Assembly (NCBI RefSeq): GCF_006345805.1
Contig: NC_043001.1
Location: 78,120,001-78,184,000 of the forward strand
Direction: 5' to 3'
DNA: 64,000 nt
Source of the DNA: Octopus sinensis
Taxonomy: Eukaryota
Shown: one piece after another, positions 1 to 13,949 of the stretch
Layout: every line of letters starts with the position of its first letter
Numbering within the stretch: the stretch's first letter is position 1
Notes under the pieces: generated by a model
The model's database searches: none
What the model was told of the DNA's origin: nothing
The model's input: the letters and a program-made list of their open reading frames with translations, nothing else
Program-made: the position numbers and the translations under genes

Positions 1-121
1 AACTTCTCTTGAAATTGGTCAAAAATTGGCATCTAGGTGTTGCCAAGTATCTGTAGAAAAAGTGTCTAAACCCCAACGACATTCTTGCTGGCATCGTTTC
101 TATATTAAGGGTTAACGTTGT

Positions 122-618
<497 letters not shown>

Positions 619-654
619 TAGAGTGCAAATATGGGCAGCAGAAATTAAAAGAAG

Positions 655-1025
655 GGAGAGATCTGAAGATGTCTGAAGGTCTTTATATTCTGCAATGGCA
701 ACCACTAAGGATAACACTGATCGTATTCAGCACATGGCCATGGATGATAGCTGATTGATTATGTATCACATAGCCTACGCTATTAGCATATCCCGTAAGA
801 GTGTTGAGAATATTCTCCAAAACGACGAAGTGAGCGCCAAGTCTTCTGTCATCTGATCAAAACTGCACCAGGCTGAACGCATCATGTGAAAATATGACAG
901 TACTTTAAGGAAGATCCAGCTGGCTTCCTTCAATATTTCGTAAGCCAGGAGGATTGTACGGTTCATCATGTACAAAGAGACAATCCATGTAGTTGAAACT
1001 GCCTTCCTCACCATCTTCGTTTCAT
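655..1025 (+). mobile_element. Decayed mariner (DD34D-type) transposase fragment
   Basis: Translates with stops to ATTKDNTDRIQHMAMDDS*LI..IAYAISISRKSVENIL and FKEDPAGFLQYFVSQEDCTVHH, matching the mariner HTH through first catalytic Asp region. Confidence 0.65.
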
Positions 1026-1249
1026 TTGCAAGGAATGCAAACACACACACACACATACAGAAACACACATATTTGTGAGTGAGGTGCAGTAAGAGGAGGA
1101 GAGAGGTGGAATAACAGAAATATAGAGATAGACACTCGAAGATGTATGGAATGCGGAAAATAGTAAACACAGTACATTGTATTGTTAGAGAAAGGATTTC
1201 AAGAGTCGACAACCGATGGTCGTCGGCACTACAAACAGACGTCTGCGCC

Positions 1250-1295
1250 GCCGTCACCACCGTCACAGCTACCACTACTGCAAGCACCATCGCTG

Positions 1296-1327
<32 letters not shown>

Positions 1328-1447
1328 ATTAACAGCAGTATCAACCTTAGTATATTCAGCATCAGCATCAGCAACAGCATCAGCATCAGCATCATCATCC
1401 TCCTCATCATCATCATCATCACCACCATCATCATCATCATCATCATT

Positions 1448-1503
<56 letters not shown>

Positions 1504-1610
1504 AATCATCACCATCATCATCATCACCATCAGCATTGTCACCATCATCATTGCCATCACCAAAGACGTTTCGTCTGTATGTAATTCCGACAATATTAAT
1601 AACGTCAATA

Positions 1611-1676
<66 letters not shown>

Positions 1677-1770
1677 TAATAATGACGATGATGATGATAT
1701 CATCAACAACAACAACCTAAACATTTATAACAACTAAAACGACAGCAATAACAACAGCAACGACAATATT
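1250..1770. repeat. Compound trinucleotide microsatellite (AAC)n/(CAT)n/(AAT)n
   Basis: Direct reading of the sequence. Confidence 0.95.
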
Positions 1771-2073
1771 ATTGCAAGTGGCGCCAAGAACGGAGACATC
1801 GATCTTTAGCAGATGTACACACGTTTATAAGTACATGGCAATACCAAATTCACTATCGTATACGCGCGTACTTCCATTCAAGAACTCATTCGCAGTCTCT
1901 TACAAACACACACACACGCACACAAACACACACACATACATTTACGGATATACAGATGCATACTTACCTACATACATACCAACGTACGTACATATATACA
2001 TAGATACAAACATGAATATAATCATACATATATGTGTGTATGTATATTATATATATATATATCTGTATATGTG

Positions 2074-2106
<33 letters not shown>

Positions 2107-2202
2107 CTTTGTTTACCGACCAGGCTATCAGATGTTGCTATACATCGCTGGTCACAATGCACTTCGAAATTGTTTTAGCCTTCAAATGGCTAAGCGAGCA
2201 GG

Positions 2203-2206
<4 letters not shown>
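2107..2206 (-). mobile_element. 3' fragment of SINE family E
   Basis: Reverse complement of the tail of the 6408-6712 element (gtgaccagcgatgt..gcaacatctgatagcctggtcggt), with an internal deletion. Confidence 0.75.
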
Positions 2207-2280
<74 letters not shown>

Positions 2281-2369
2281 TATATATATACACGTACATA
2301 TCTATATATGTATACATGTATCTATGAATATATGCGTATATATCTTTGTGTGCTGTCTGTCTCCTACGA

Positions 2370-3056
2370 TTTAGATTCCTAACTACTCCCACATTTTGCA
2401 GTGCAGTTTAACCAAAACCGGGTATCTTATAGTCGTGATTCATATCGAGCCCTTCTGGGTATTAGCGCGCGTCTACGATGAGTCTACGATTTAAAAAAAA
2501 AATTACCATCAATCTTTCCCATTTTAATGTATTTTTGGCATATAAAGGGTAAAGACCCCCTTCGGTCATGAATGACCATGGGATTACACCTAGAAAGTTA
2601 CCCTCCTAGACACAAGTCCGGGCAAGGTTGTTTATGGAAGGCTAGCAGTCGCCCATGCATACCAGCCTCCCCTCTCCACGCCACCAGTGTTATCCAAGGG
2701 AAAGACAAAGGTCGATACAGCTTGGCACCTGTGACGTCGCAACTCATTTCTACAGCTGAGTGAACTGGAGCAACGTGAAATAAAATGCCTTGCTCGAGAA
2801 CACAACACGCAGCCCGGTCCGGGATTCGAGCTCACAACCTCACAATCGTAAGCTCGACGCTCTAACCACTGAGCCATATAAGGGAAGTAACTCTCTAAAA
2901 ATTTATTATTAAATCTCAGAACGTAAAAAGCTACAGTAACACACCCCTCCTTTGTTGTTAGCCATATTGAGATGGCTATTATACTTTACATCTCTAAAAA
3001 TGCTTATATAGCCATTTCCCTTACAAACCCGAGCAACACCGGGCGATACTGCTAGT
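2370..3056 (+). mobile_element. Non-autonomous Helitron interrupted by a SINE
   Basis: 3' end shows hairpin CCCG-agcaacac-CGGG (3028-3043) followed by CTAG then T (3052-3056), the canonical Helitron terminus; 5' boundary approximate. Confidence 0.6.
2550..2874 (-). mobile_element. tRNA-derived SINE, family D
   Basis: Minus strand reads atggctcagtggttagagcg..gagctcgaatcccggaccggg (A and B boxes); flanked by an imperfect CATATAA(A)GGG duplication; second copy at 38.2-38.45 kb. Confidence 0.85.
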
Positions 3057-3115
3057 ATATGTATATATGTATCTATCTGTCTGTCTGTCTGTCTATTTAT
3101 CTATCTATCAATCTC

Positions 3116-3169
<54 letters not shown>

Positions 3170-3399
3170 TACACCATATGAACATATTTGAGATCATTAT
3201 GAATATCATATACTCTTTTTAAATAACCAGGCTGGGATTATAGCAATAGCTGTAACAACCAGCAGCAACACCGCCATTAACATCACTACCGGCGCCTCCA
3301 TCATTACAACAACAACAACGATATTAATAGTTGTAATATTGGCAATAATAATTAGAGTTATCTGAAGGAACGTCTAAAGCGGTCACAGTAAGCGTAATT

Positions 3400-3675
3400 T
3401 CCTGCTACCATGAAGGCCATTGCCACCACCATCATCATCACACTCATCATTACAATAATCCATTATTACTATTATGAGAATAATAACCCATAATCGTCTG
3501 TATACCCCCTCCTCCTCCACCTCATCCTCATCATCCTCGTTGTCGTTGTTGTCATCGGCACCATCGCCATGATGATGATGATGATCATCATCATCATCTT
3601 CATCATTATCTTCATCATCACCAACAGCATCATCATCATCCTCATCATCATCATCATCAATATTTTCATCATCAC

Positions 3676-3714
<39 letters not shown>

Positions 3715-4815
3715 TATATTCATCATCATCATCATCATCATCAATCATCATCATCGTTATCGACGGCTTTATCATTATAGTCTCCGTCATCATCAGTAAC
3801 ATCGTCAAAGTTTTCCTTTCTCTCTATTCCTCCCCATCGTCAATGCTCCACCAGCACCGCCACTATCATTCATACACCTCCTCATCATCGTCACCACCAA
3901 CACCACCACTACCAGCACCTTCATCGCTGACCCCACCGCCACCACCACCACAACGACGACGATCACCACCACACAACCATCACCACCACTACCGCCACAA
4001 CCACCACTACCATCACCACCAACAACAACAACAACCACATCAACAACTATGCCAAAAGCAATACCATCGACTAACTACATCATCAATGACAGCAATATTT
4101 TCACCTGCGTTGTAAACGTCTTTGTTTTTATTATGGTCCTCCTCATCATCATCGTCATTAACGTCTTGTTCGTCATCATCATCGTCGTCATCATCATCTT
4201 CTTTATCATCTTCATCCACACCATCAGCAGCATCACCTTTATCCTCCTGCTCCTCCTCCTTCTCTTCCTCCTCCTCATCATCATCACCATCATCATCATT
4301 ACTACTGCCTTGCTCTCGTAGTCCTCTTGCACCTCGTCATCCACATCCTTCTTCTCATCATCATAACCACCACCTCTAACACTAACACAGATTTCTTCCT
4401 CCTCTTCCCCATCTTCTCCCTCCTCCCCTCATCCCTATCCCCATCCTCCTTCTCCTCTTCCTCCTCCTTATCGTCATTATATTCAACAGTATCATTCTCT
4501 TCAACGTTGCTGGCACCATCATCATAATGATGATGACTACAATCACCACTAACAACAGTCATATCGACAACAAAACTTTCATCATTCGCCTCTCATCATC
4601 ATCATCATCATAACACCGATACCAATTCGCAATAACGGCTACTACAACCATAAAATTTTATCATCATCATCTTCATCATCACCGGTACCATTGTCGTCGT
4701 CGTCTTCACTGCCATCGACATCGTCGTCGTCATCATCATCATCATCATCATCATCCTCACCATCATCATCATCATCATCATCATCATCCTCACCATCGTC
4801 ATCATCATCGCCATC
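3400..4815. repeat. Long compound (CAT)n/(CAC)n/(CCT)n low-complexity tract
   Basis: Direct reading; it accounts for the poly-D/M/I/S/H ORFs. Confidence 0.95.
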
Positions 4816-5016
4816 GGACCAGACTCCCGATTTAGATAATGCCTTAATAACTAATATTTGCTTCAATAACGGCGGAACTGTTCGACTGAACCAACAGAAT
4901 AGAGCTGTTCTAATTCCATCCAATTTTCTCATAGAATTAGATTCTTATGAAAATAGGAATTGAGAATGAAATGGACCGAAATGGTATCTGTAACAGAAAC
5001 GGCGTATGGTTATGGT

Positions 5017-5081
<65 letters not shown>

Positions 5082-6035
5082 TGTATGAATGTATGTATGT
5101 ATGTGTGTGCGTGTAATTATGTTTATATCCATATGATACTATATATGTATATATCTATCAGCATGTGTGTGTGTATGTGATATATATGTACCTATGATAT
5201 ACGTATCAATCTATTTCGCTGTCAATGTCTACATATGTGCACATATATGTATATATATGTACATGAATGTAATATATATATATATTTGCAAATGGCTGTG
5301 TATATCACACACACACACACAGACACACACACACACACACATGCACATACACGTATATATGCATATTGTCCTTGTGCAATTATAAATTTGTCCAACTTTA
5401 GTTCTATTTATGGTAGATTTAACCCGCGAAAAGGATAAGTGAATGAATTTATTGCGTTTCAAATAGCTTCATTCTTGAGAATGATAAGTTTCAACTTACC
5501 GTCATCACGGATATAAGCTGTGATTCCATTCGAAATTTCTAGAAATACGTTTTGCAGCTGATTCCTGCAGCACCATGCATCATTTTAGGAATTGAGAATC
5601 GGTTATCGTCCAGAGTTGAATAAACAGTGACGTTTACTTATCTCTTTAAAATGAAGTGGACGTAATTAATTGATTCCTTTGTTTTCTTCATTAACAATTA
5701 TTACAATTTTCTGGGTTCACATCGATAAAATAAATGGATGCTGGTTACTGTCACCAATTTACGGTGAAGTTGCCGTGAGAGTGAAAACTCCTGTGCTTTG
5801 GAGAGATTAGATGTCTTCAAATCTAAACTGGATATCTTACTGCCAAGAGTCATATACTTCACAGCAAGAAGTAGGAATGAGTGCAGATGCATCAGTTTCA
5901 CTCTTTCATCAAAGCGGATTAATAAAGATGTAAAATTACCTGTTCGTGGTGCTCCAGCATGGTAACAGGCCTTGAGCAGAAACCCCCAAAATATATGTTT
6001 AAATTTATATTTCGGATTCTGAGCTCTTCGTTGTA

Positions 6036-6123
6036 ACTTGGGTAAGTGTCGTCTACTGTAGCCCTGGGTTGACCAAAACCTTGTGTATGGACTTGCTAGA
6101 CGGAAACTGAAAGACGTCTGTCG

Positions 6124-6193
<70 letters not shown>

Positions 6194-6298
6194 TTCAGTG
6201 GCTGTGTGTTAACTAACTTGCTTCCCAATCACATGGTTCCGGGTTCAGTCCCACTGCGTGCCAGCTTGGACAAGTATCCTCTACTGTGTACTCGGGCA
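6036..6298 (+). mobile_element. Two fragments of SINE family A separated by (TA)n(TG)n
   Basis: acttgggtaagtgtcgtctactgtagcc..ggaaactgaaag and gtggctgtgtgttaactaacttgcttcccaatcacatggttccgggttcagtcccactgcg. Confidence 0.75.
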
Positions 6299-6322
6299 CA
6301 CACATACACATACTCTCTCTCG

Positions 6323-6407
<85 letters not shown>

Positions 6408-6408
<1 letters not shown>

Positions 6409-6704
6409 GAGGCGCAATGGCCCAGTGGTTAGGGCAGCGGACTCGCGGTCGCAGGATCGCGGTTTCGATTCCCAGACCGGGCGTTGTGAGTGTTTATTGA
6501 GCGAAAACACCTAAAAGCTCCACAACGCTCCGGCAGTGGGTGGTGATCCCTGCTGTACTCTTTCAGCACTCTTTCTCCCATTCTTTCTTCTGTTGGCCTG
6601 CTCGCTTAGCCAGCGGGGTGGCGTCATTCGAAGGCTAAAACAATGCGAACGCATTGTGACCTGCGATGTGTAACAACATCTGATGGTCTGGTCGGTCACG
6701 TGAT

Positions 6705-6712
<8 letters not shown>
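6408..6712 (+). mobile_element. tRNA-derived SINE, family E, near full length
   Basis: A box TGGCCCAGTGG and B box GGTTTCGATTCC in a tRNA-like head, followed by about 230 bp of non-tRNA body ending gtcacgtgatcacgtgat plus (TA)n. Confidence 0.85.
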
Positions 6713-6785
<73 letters not shown>

Positions 6786-6831
6786 CATATATATATATAT
6801 ACATACATATATACATACATACATATATACA

Positions 6832-6865
<34 letters not shown>

Positions 6866-6867
6866 TA

Positions 6868-7065
6868 CTGATAGAATCGTTAGCGCACCTGCCAAAATGC
6901 TTACCGGTATTTCTTTAGTCTCGACGTTCTGAGTTCAAATTCATCCGAGGTCGACTTTGCCTTTCAAACTTTTTATGTCGGTATATACCAATTGAATACT
7001 GGGATCGATGCAATCGACTTACTCTCTCCCCCAAACCAGCTGGCCTTAGCCAAAATTTGAAGCCA
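6868..7065 (+). mobile_element. tRNA-derived SINE, family B
   Basis: gaatcgttagc..gttctgagttcaaattc..gaggtcgactttgcctttc..ggatcgatgcaatcgactt; more than ten related copies in the window. Confidence 0.8.
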
Positions 7066-7590
7066 TTGCTGTATAACGCCAGGCAATGCAAGTTTTATGA
7101 AAATTGCTAAAGGTCAATGTACTCTCACGTTGGATTTAAGAATTTTGGAGTTATGAGATATTTCTTTGAGAAATGTACGGAGAAATTTGGTTACGAGCTG
7201 ACTTCCCTTTTGTGTAGTTTGTGCATATGCCGAGTTGCTTTGTATATTTCATTCTCAATTTCGCAATGTTTCGTCTTGCGTGGGGTGTGTTTCTGTAGAA
7301 ATCTTTCGGGTGAATTTTGAAAACTGAGCTGGTTTTTAACTCCTACGTATATTTTATTGACGGTGCTTCAGATGTAGAATTCTACATTAGAATGACCACC
7401 TGTTTGCTTGTCTCCCTATTTGTCTGTCTCTCTGTCGATGTCACGCTCTCTGGGCCTGTATTTCGGTATCTATATCTTTCTATCTCTCTCTCTCTGTCTC
7501 TGACTCTGTCTCTGTCTGCCTGTCTGTTTCTTTCAGTCTCACTCTCTCTTTCCCTCTATTTGTCTAGATATCTATATCTTTATCTGTATG

Positions 7591-7628
<38 letters not shown>

Positions 7629-7655
7629 TACATATGTATGTATGTATACATTTAT

Positions 7656-7693
<38 letters not shown>

Positions 7694-7711
7694 ATACATA
7701 TGTATGTATAC

Positions 7712-7744
<33 letters not shown>

Positions 7745-7756
7745 CAAAAAACATAT

Positions 7757-8432
7757 GTTAGTCATAATATATAGTGTACATTTAAACACATAAATAAACC
7801 ACTCGTGGAATTCAACACGTTAGAAAGAACATCTAGGTTCTATAAAATTCGACAGGAACGAAATGGGACTAAATTGTTACACGTTAGGCCACTGGAAGTG
7901 AAAATTTTAATTAATTTGATATTTCCCTTTGATATGTTTTAGTATTATAATATTTTTGGATAATTTTCGACTTGAAATGTTGGTATTTTTTATTGCCGTC
8001 TAAAGGCTACGTGTGCGCAGTAGATTTTGAAAAAATAGGATATATAAACGGGAGGCATATAGTTTGATTGCCTCGTTGTTTATATATTTAACCCAAGGTT
8101 TACCTGTTGAGGACGATTTCACCTCGTCAGCAAATATTATTTATTTGCTTGCTAAACTAAAATCAGAAACCTATTGGTCCAGGAAATTTGATGGTAAAAT
8201 GTTTTTATTTTTTTATTTCGTTCCTGTCGAATTTCATCCCTAATTTTCGTGGTTATTGAACCTAGCTGTTCTTTCTAACGTGTTGAATTCCACGAGTGGA
8301 TTCCTTATGTCTTTAAATGTACACTATATTTTATGAGTAATTCATAGTCTTTTGGGACTAAATTTTTACACGTTAGGCCTCTGGAAGTGAAAATTTTAAT
8401 TAATTTTCCATTTCCCTTTGATATGTTTAAGT
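7757..8432. repeat. Composite repeat: about 110-125 bp inverted arms plus a 75 bp direct repeat (possible Penelope-like pLTR structure)
   Basis: 7757-7864 is the reverse complement of 8216-8340; 7865-7940 is repeated at about 8353-8430; another arm copy at about 47024-47106. Confidence 0.7.
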
Positions 8433-9128
8433 ATATGTATATAGGTATGTACATATATGAATGTATAAATGCATATATATATATATATATATATGCTATT
8501 TCTATCATTATATGATCGAACGCCACGCATCCATTTCCAAGTAACTTTTATATTAATAATTCTGATACGCAATCTACAACTATCTTTATTCTCAGTTTAT
8601 TCAGCTATTCAGCTATTGTTATTCTGTCTTTCTGTTTTTCTTCTCCTTCCCATTCACCGTTCTCTTTCTCCCCGTCACTCTTCCTCCTTGACTCTCTCGT
8701 TGCTCACATGTGACCAGCAGCTATCGTTCTTTCTTCCTCTTGCTTTACAAGAGAAGGGCCTACTTATGCCTGTCTCCTGTCATAGCTCCTTTCTCCAGCG
8801 TTCATCACTTTAATTCGTTATGGCTTAAGAGCCCTTAACTATTTTTACTGCATTGGTACCACTTTAACCCTCCGAAAAAATCTGCTTTGCGGGAACGACT
8901 GCTTTAACGAAGTCACGTCTAGTCCGTGGAGCAGATACAACAGGGGACAACTGATGAAGGGATTGTTCTTTATGTTGCCTCTCTCGTTTCTCTATTTGTT
9001 TCTTTCGTTGTTCGAAAAAAGTTCGTTTTCCATGTTTTGTTTTATATGTTCTCGATTTTCATTTTGTTCAGGCTTTATTGACGTCCTGTACATGCATGTA
9101 TATATATACCTATATATGTATGTATATA

Positions 9129-9193
<65 letters not shown>

Positions 9194-9227
9194 ATATATT
9201 ATTTATATTACACACACACACAGACAT

Positions 9228-9268
<41 letters not shown>

Positions 9269-9977
9269 ATATATATATATATATGCATACATATACACAT
9301 ATATACATACATATACATGCATATACAGATATAGATATAGATATCTAGAGAGATTAATAGAGGGAAAGTGAGAGAGAGAGAGAGAGAGAGGTTGAATGAT
9401 ACAGACAGACAAAAAGGCAAACAACCGCTAGTGACACATCATTATTCATATCATTTAACCATTACGTGCAGTCAACACAGCTACAAAGAGACAGAGAGAG
9501 CAAACGAAGAGCGCTCTAAATGCAAGAAATAACAGTAAAATCTACCTCAAAATCCCTTCCTGTCGTCTTAGGAAATGACACATTCTATGATTTGGTGCTG
9601 AATTCTATTAAAAAAACACCACCACGACTGGAATAATTTTGATCACAAGTCTATTTGATGACGGTTTACCTGAGGCTATACAACAACGCTGACGACAACA
9701 ACGATACAATCAACAGCAAACTTTACAACAATAACAACTGCATCATTAAGAACAATAACCGCATCAACAAGAAGCCATGAACACTAAAGGCCAATGAGGT
9801 ATTTGAGTTGCTAGAAATAGCAGTTGAATCTCTCTAGAATTACATCATGTAGATTGAAAAATGAGAGACACAATGGACAATGTAGTAATGCTAAATGTTG
9901 GAGTGAAAGAAAGCCTTTATATTTTAGCTCTGTTAAATCCAATGTAACTTGAGATAAGACAACAGTGACAACGTAGA

Positions 9978-10410
9978 CGTGGCAGTGGGGTTGCTTCACA
10001 ACCACATAGTTCCGGGTTCAGTACCACAGTGTGGCAACTTGGGCATGTGTCTTCCACTGTAGCTTCGGGCCGACCAAAGAAAGCCTTGTGAGTAGATTTG
10101 GCAGACGGGAACTGAAACAAGCCTCAGTGTGTGTGTGTGTGTGTGTGTGTTTGTGTGTGTATGTGAGTGTAGTATATTTACGTGTGTGTGTATGTATTTG
10201 TGTCTGTGTTTGTCTCCCCGTCCGATATCACTTGACAACCGGTGTTGGTCTATTTACATCACTGTAACGTAGCGGTTCCGCAAAAGAGAGACCGATAGAA
10301 TATGTATCAAGCTTACAAAGAATAAGTCCTGGGGTCGATTTCTTCGACTAAAAGGCTGTGCTCCAGCATGACCTCAGTCAAATGACTGAAAACAGTAAAC
10401 AAAAATAGAA
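9978..10410 (+). mobile_element. SINE family A
   Basis: Colinear with 122-618, including the gaataagtcctggggtcgattt..cagtcaaatgactgaaa tail. Confidence 0.85.
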
Positions 10411-10499
10411 GAATGAACTACAATCAAAACCACATTATGAGTACAATTCCTCCTACTTGGTGCGCAAGGCTAGGAAATCCGAAAGGTGGGGCGAGCAAT

Positions 10500-11030
10500 A
10501 TCGATCCAAGTTCAAATTCCGCCGTGGTCGATAAATTAAGTACCAGATGCGTAGAAGGGTGGATCTAATCGACTGACGCCCCTCCTCACAAAATTTCGGG
10601 CCTTCTGCCTAAATCAGAAAAGAATAATTAAGTCGGTGAACTGGCAGAATCGTTAGCACGCCGGGCGAAATGCTCAGCGGGATTTCGTCTGCCGTTACAT
10701 TCTGAGTTCAAATTCCGCCGAGGTCGACTTTGCCTTCCATCCTTTCCGGGTCGATTAAATAAGTACCAGTTACGCACTGGGGTCGATATAATCGACTTAA
10801 TCCGTTTGTCTGTCCTTGTTTGTCCTTTCTGTGTTTAACCCCTTGTGGGTAATAAATAAAATAGATATTTCGTCTTTCTTTGCGTTCGGAGTTCAAATTC
10901 CACCGAGGTCGACTTTGCCTTTAATCCTTCCGGGGTCGATAAATTAAGTACAAGCTGCGCACTGGGATCGATCCAATCGACTGATTTTTCCCCCCTAAAA
11001 TTTCGGGGCTTGTGCCTAGGGTAGAAAAGA
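10500..11030 (+). mobile_element. Cluster of three tandem SINE family B copies (partial, full, partial)
   Basis: gagttcaaattcc(g/a)ccg(a/t)ggtcga occurs at about 10510, 10705 and 10890. Confidence 0.85.
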
Positions 11031-11084
11031 ATATCGACCCAAGTACATGGTTAGTACTTTATTTATCGATCTTGAGACATTGCT

Positions 11085-11270
11085 AGTGGTTAGAATGACT
11101 TATGATCGTGGTTTCGATTCGAAGAGGACGGCTCATTGGGTTCGCAAAGGAAACATTTTATTTCACATTGCTCCAGTCCCATCCGCTCAAAAATGAGTAA
11201 ATCTCTGACGGAGTGGTGACCCCCAAATACGGTAACGTTTTGATCTCCCATCACTTTTATGCCAGGGAAA
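11085..11270 (+). mobile_element. Degenerate SINE family C
   Basis: tagtggttagaatg..ggtttcgattc..cacattgctccagtcc..aaaaatgagt, similar to 45587-45914. Confidence 0.6.
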
Positions 11271-11482
11271 CCGAGCAAACTGTCTTACGGGTCATACAGT
11301 ATGAAACAATAATGTCAAGGGGTGGTTGTTGATGATGATGATAATAAAGAATCGATGAAAGCCATTTGCGATTTGAACGCAGAACCTAGAGTCTGAAGAA
11401 ATACCGCTAAGTTGTTTGACCCATGAGCAAACGGTTCTTCCCACGGAACCATCATCACAGGCATTCTCGATGTCACCATTAT

Positions 11483-11511
11483 CTCTGACTACTATTACTG
11501 CTGCTGCAGCA

Positions 11512-11553
<42 letters not shown>

Positions 11554-11623
11554 GCTGATGCTGCTACTGCTTGTACTACTATTACTACTACTACTACTAC
11601 TACTGCTGCTGCTACTGCTTCTG

Positions 11624-11658
<35 letters not shown>

Positions 11659-11812
11659 GCTGCTGCTACTGTTTGTACTACTATTGCTACTGCTACTACT
11701 ACTACTACTACTACTACTACTGCTTCTGCTACTACTACTACTACTACTACTACTGCTGCTGTTTGTACTACTATTGCTACTGCTACTACTACTACTACTA
11801 CTACTGCTTCTG

Positions 11813-11844
<32 letters not shown>

Positions 11845-11934
11845 GCTGCTGCTGCTACTACTACTACTACTACTACTATTAATAATTATAATAATAATAA
11901 TAATAATAGCTGCTGTTGCTGCTGCATCTGCTAT

Positions 11935-11979
<45 letters not shown>

Positions 11980-11985
11980 AGCACC
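11483..11985. repeat. (ACT)n/(GCT)n trinucleotide array with higher-order units
   Basis: Direct reading; blocks gtttgtactactattgctactgct and tgcttctgctact recur. Confidence 0.95.
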
Positions 11986-12109
11986 AACATTGTCAATCAA
12001 GTCTGCCATCATTAAAAGAAACTCGGTCACAGATGGTCAAATTATCTTTTCTAGAATATGCTTCTTCAGCAGAATCTGATTGTGAGCGCGCATGCGATAC
12101 CTTGTGTGT

Positions 12110-13290
12110 ATGAGTATGTTTGTATCTGTGTGTCTGTGTATTTTTGTGAATGAAAGTGCGTGTATATGTATGAGTGTATATTTGTATGTGAGAGAGATTT
12201 TGTGTATGGTAGTTTGAATATTCTAGAGTAAAAACTCTGTGTGTGTGCGTGTGTGTTCGTATGTTAGTGAGTTAAAGTGTGTGTATGTGTATGTATGTAT
12301 ATGTGCGTGCTGCTGTTTGTATGCATCTCTGTGTGTTTGTATATTCGTGAGTAAAAGACTGTACGCATGTATTTGTATGTGAGGAAAATTTTGTGTATGA
12401 GTAAAAATATGTGTATGTGTGTATAAGTTTGTATGTATGAGTACAGGTGAGTGTATGTTTGTATGTGCGCCAGTAATAGTACGTGTATATGCGTGCTGTT
12501 ATTTGTATACGTGTGTGCGTGTTTTACATGTATACGTTTGTATTGGTATGTGTATGTATGTGAGAAAAATATGAGGAACAGTATCTGTGTGTATGGTATG
12601 TATGTGTTTGTATGTGTGAATTCAAGTGTGTGTGTGTATGTGTTTGTATGTGAGTCAGTAAAATTAGATGCGTATGCTTACTGTTTTTTATATATGTGTG
12701 TGTGTGTTTTATTTGTATGTTTGTGCGTTTTTATTTGCATGTGCGTATGTATGTGAGAAAAATAATGCGAGCAAAAATATGTGTGCGTGCGTGTGTGTGT
12801 ATGTGTCTGTGTCTGTGTGTGTTAGTTGCTATGTGTGAGTAAAAATGTATGTGTTTCTATTCTGATTTGAGTATACGTATGATTGTGCGAGTATGTTTAT
12901 AGTTCTACGTTGTGTATACACACACATACATACAAACATACGTTGTGTATACACACACATACATACAAACATAGGCACATGCACATATTCACACACATAC
13001 AAACATACATGCGTGCACATATACGCATGCATGCAAACACACATACAAACACTTATTTAGACGTGTACAAACATACGCAGACACACTTATAATTAAGTGT
13101 GTCTGTGTATGGTTCTACACGTCTAAATAAGTGTTTGTATGTGTGTTTGCATGCATGCGTATATGTGCACGCATGTATGTTTGTATCTGTGTGAGTAAAA
13201 CTGCTTGCATATGTATGTTTATATATATATGTGTGAATATGTGCATGTGCCTATGTTTGTATGTATGTGTGTGTATATGTGAGAACGTAT
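12110..13290. repeat. Degenerate GT-rich minisatellite with an embedded 190-bp near-perfect palindrome (12997-13186)
   Basis: Recurrent gtgagtaaaa / gtatgtgagag motifs; 93-bp arms with 3 mismatches around a 4-nt loop. Confidence 0.85.
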
Positions 13291-13887
13291 TTAATTTGTT
13301 TCTTTTTCTCAGAATCCATCAATTTTTTTCAATAATATTTCGCCACCGATTTTCTGATACCATTTTTCTTGTTTTGACATTAACTGTTTAAATATCTTCA
13401 CACTTCATATTGTGTTGCTTTTTTGTTTTCTTGTTTGTGTATTTTCACGACGTATTTAAAAAAAAAAATTAAATACCGTTTTAGTTGGCCAATTCATTGA
13501 TTCCGCTCAACATGTCACAAAAAACAAATTTTTTTTTATGAGAAATAGGAACTTGTGGCCTTAATTATTTCCCGTTAGACGGTATTAGTTGACGTCAGTT
13601 GATTTAAATGCTTTCAACGGTGAATTGAAAGAATAATTCGTTTCCACCCCACCCCCCCACACACACACACATGAAAACATTCATACACAGGCAAACACAC
13701 ATACACACGTGCACACAAGTTAATATTTTAGTGAATTAATTTCAAAATTACTTTACTAACGATTGTATTGTGGCGATAACATATATATATATATATGTGT
13801 GTGTGTGTATGTATGTGTGTATGTATGTATGTACGTATGCATGTATGCATGTATGTATGTATTTATATATATATATATATATATATT

Positions 13888-13945
<58 letters not shown>

Positions 13946-13949
13946 ATAT

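Noticed and set aside
5760-5990. Possible CR1/L2 LINE 3' remnant (DVFKSKLDILL)
   Set aside because: One short motif only, too decayed to support
6408-6480. tRNA gene-like sequences here and at 2.8, 38.4, 38.7 and 45.6 kb
   Set aside because: A and B boxes are present, but there is no complete acceptor stem and each continues into a shared repeat body; they are SINE heads
8951-9090. CTGATGA hammerhead core in an unclassified repeat
   Set aside because: Could not build convincing stems I and II with the downstream GAAA
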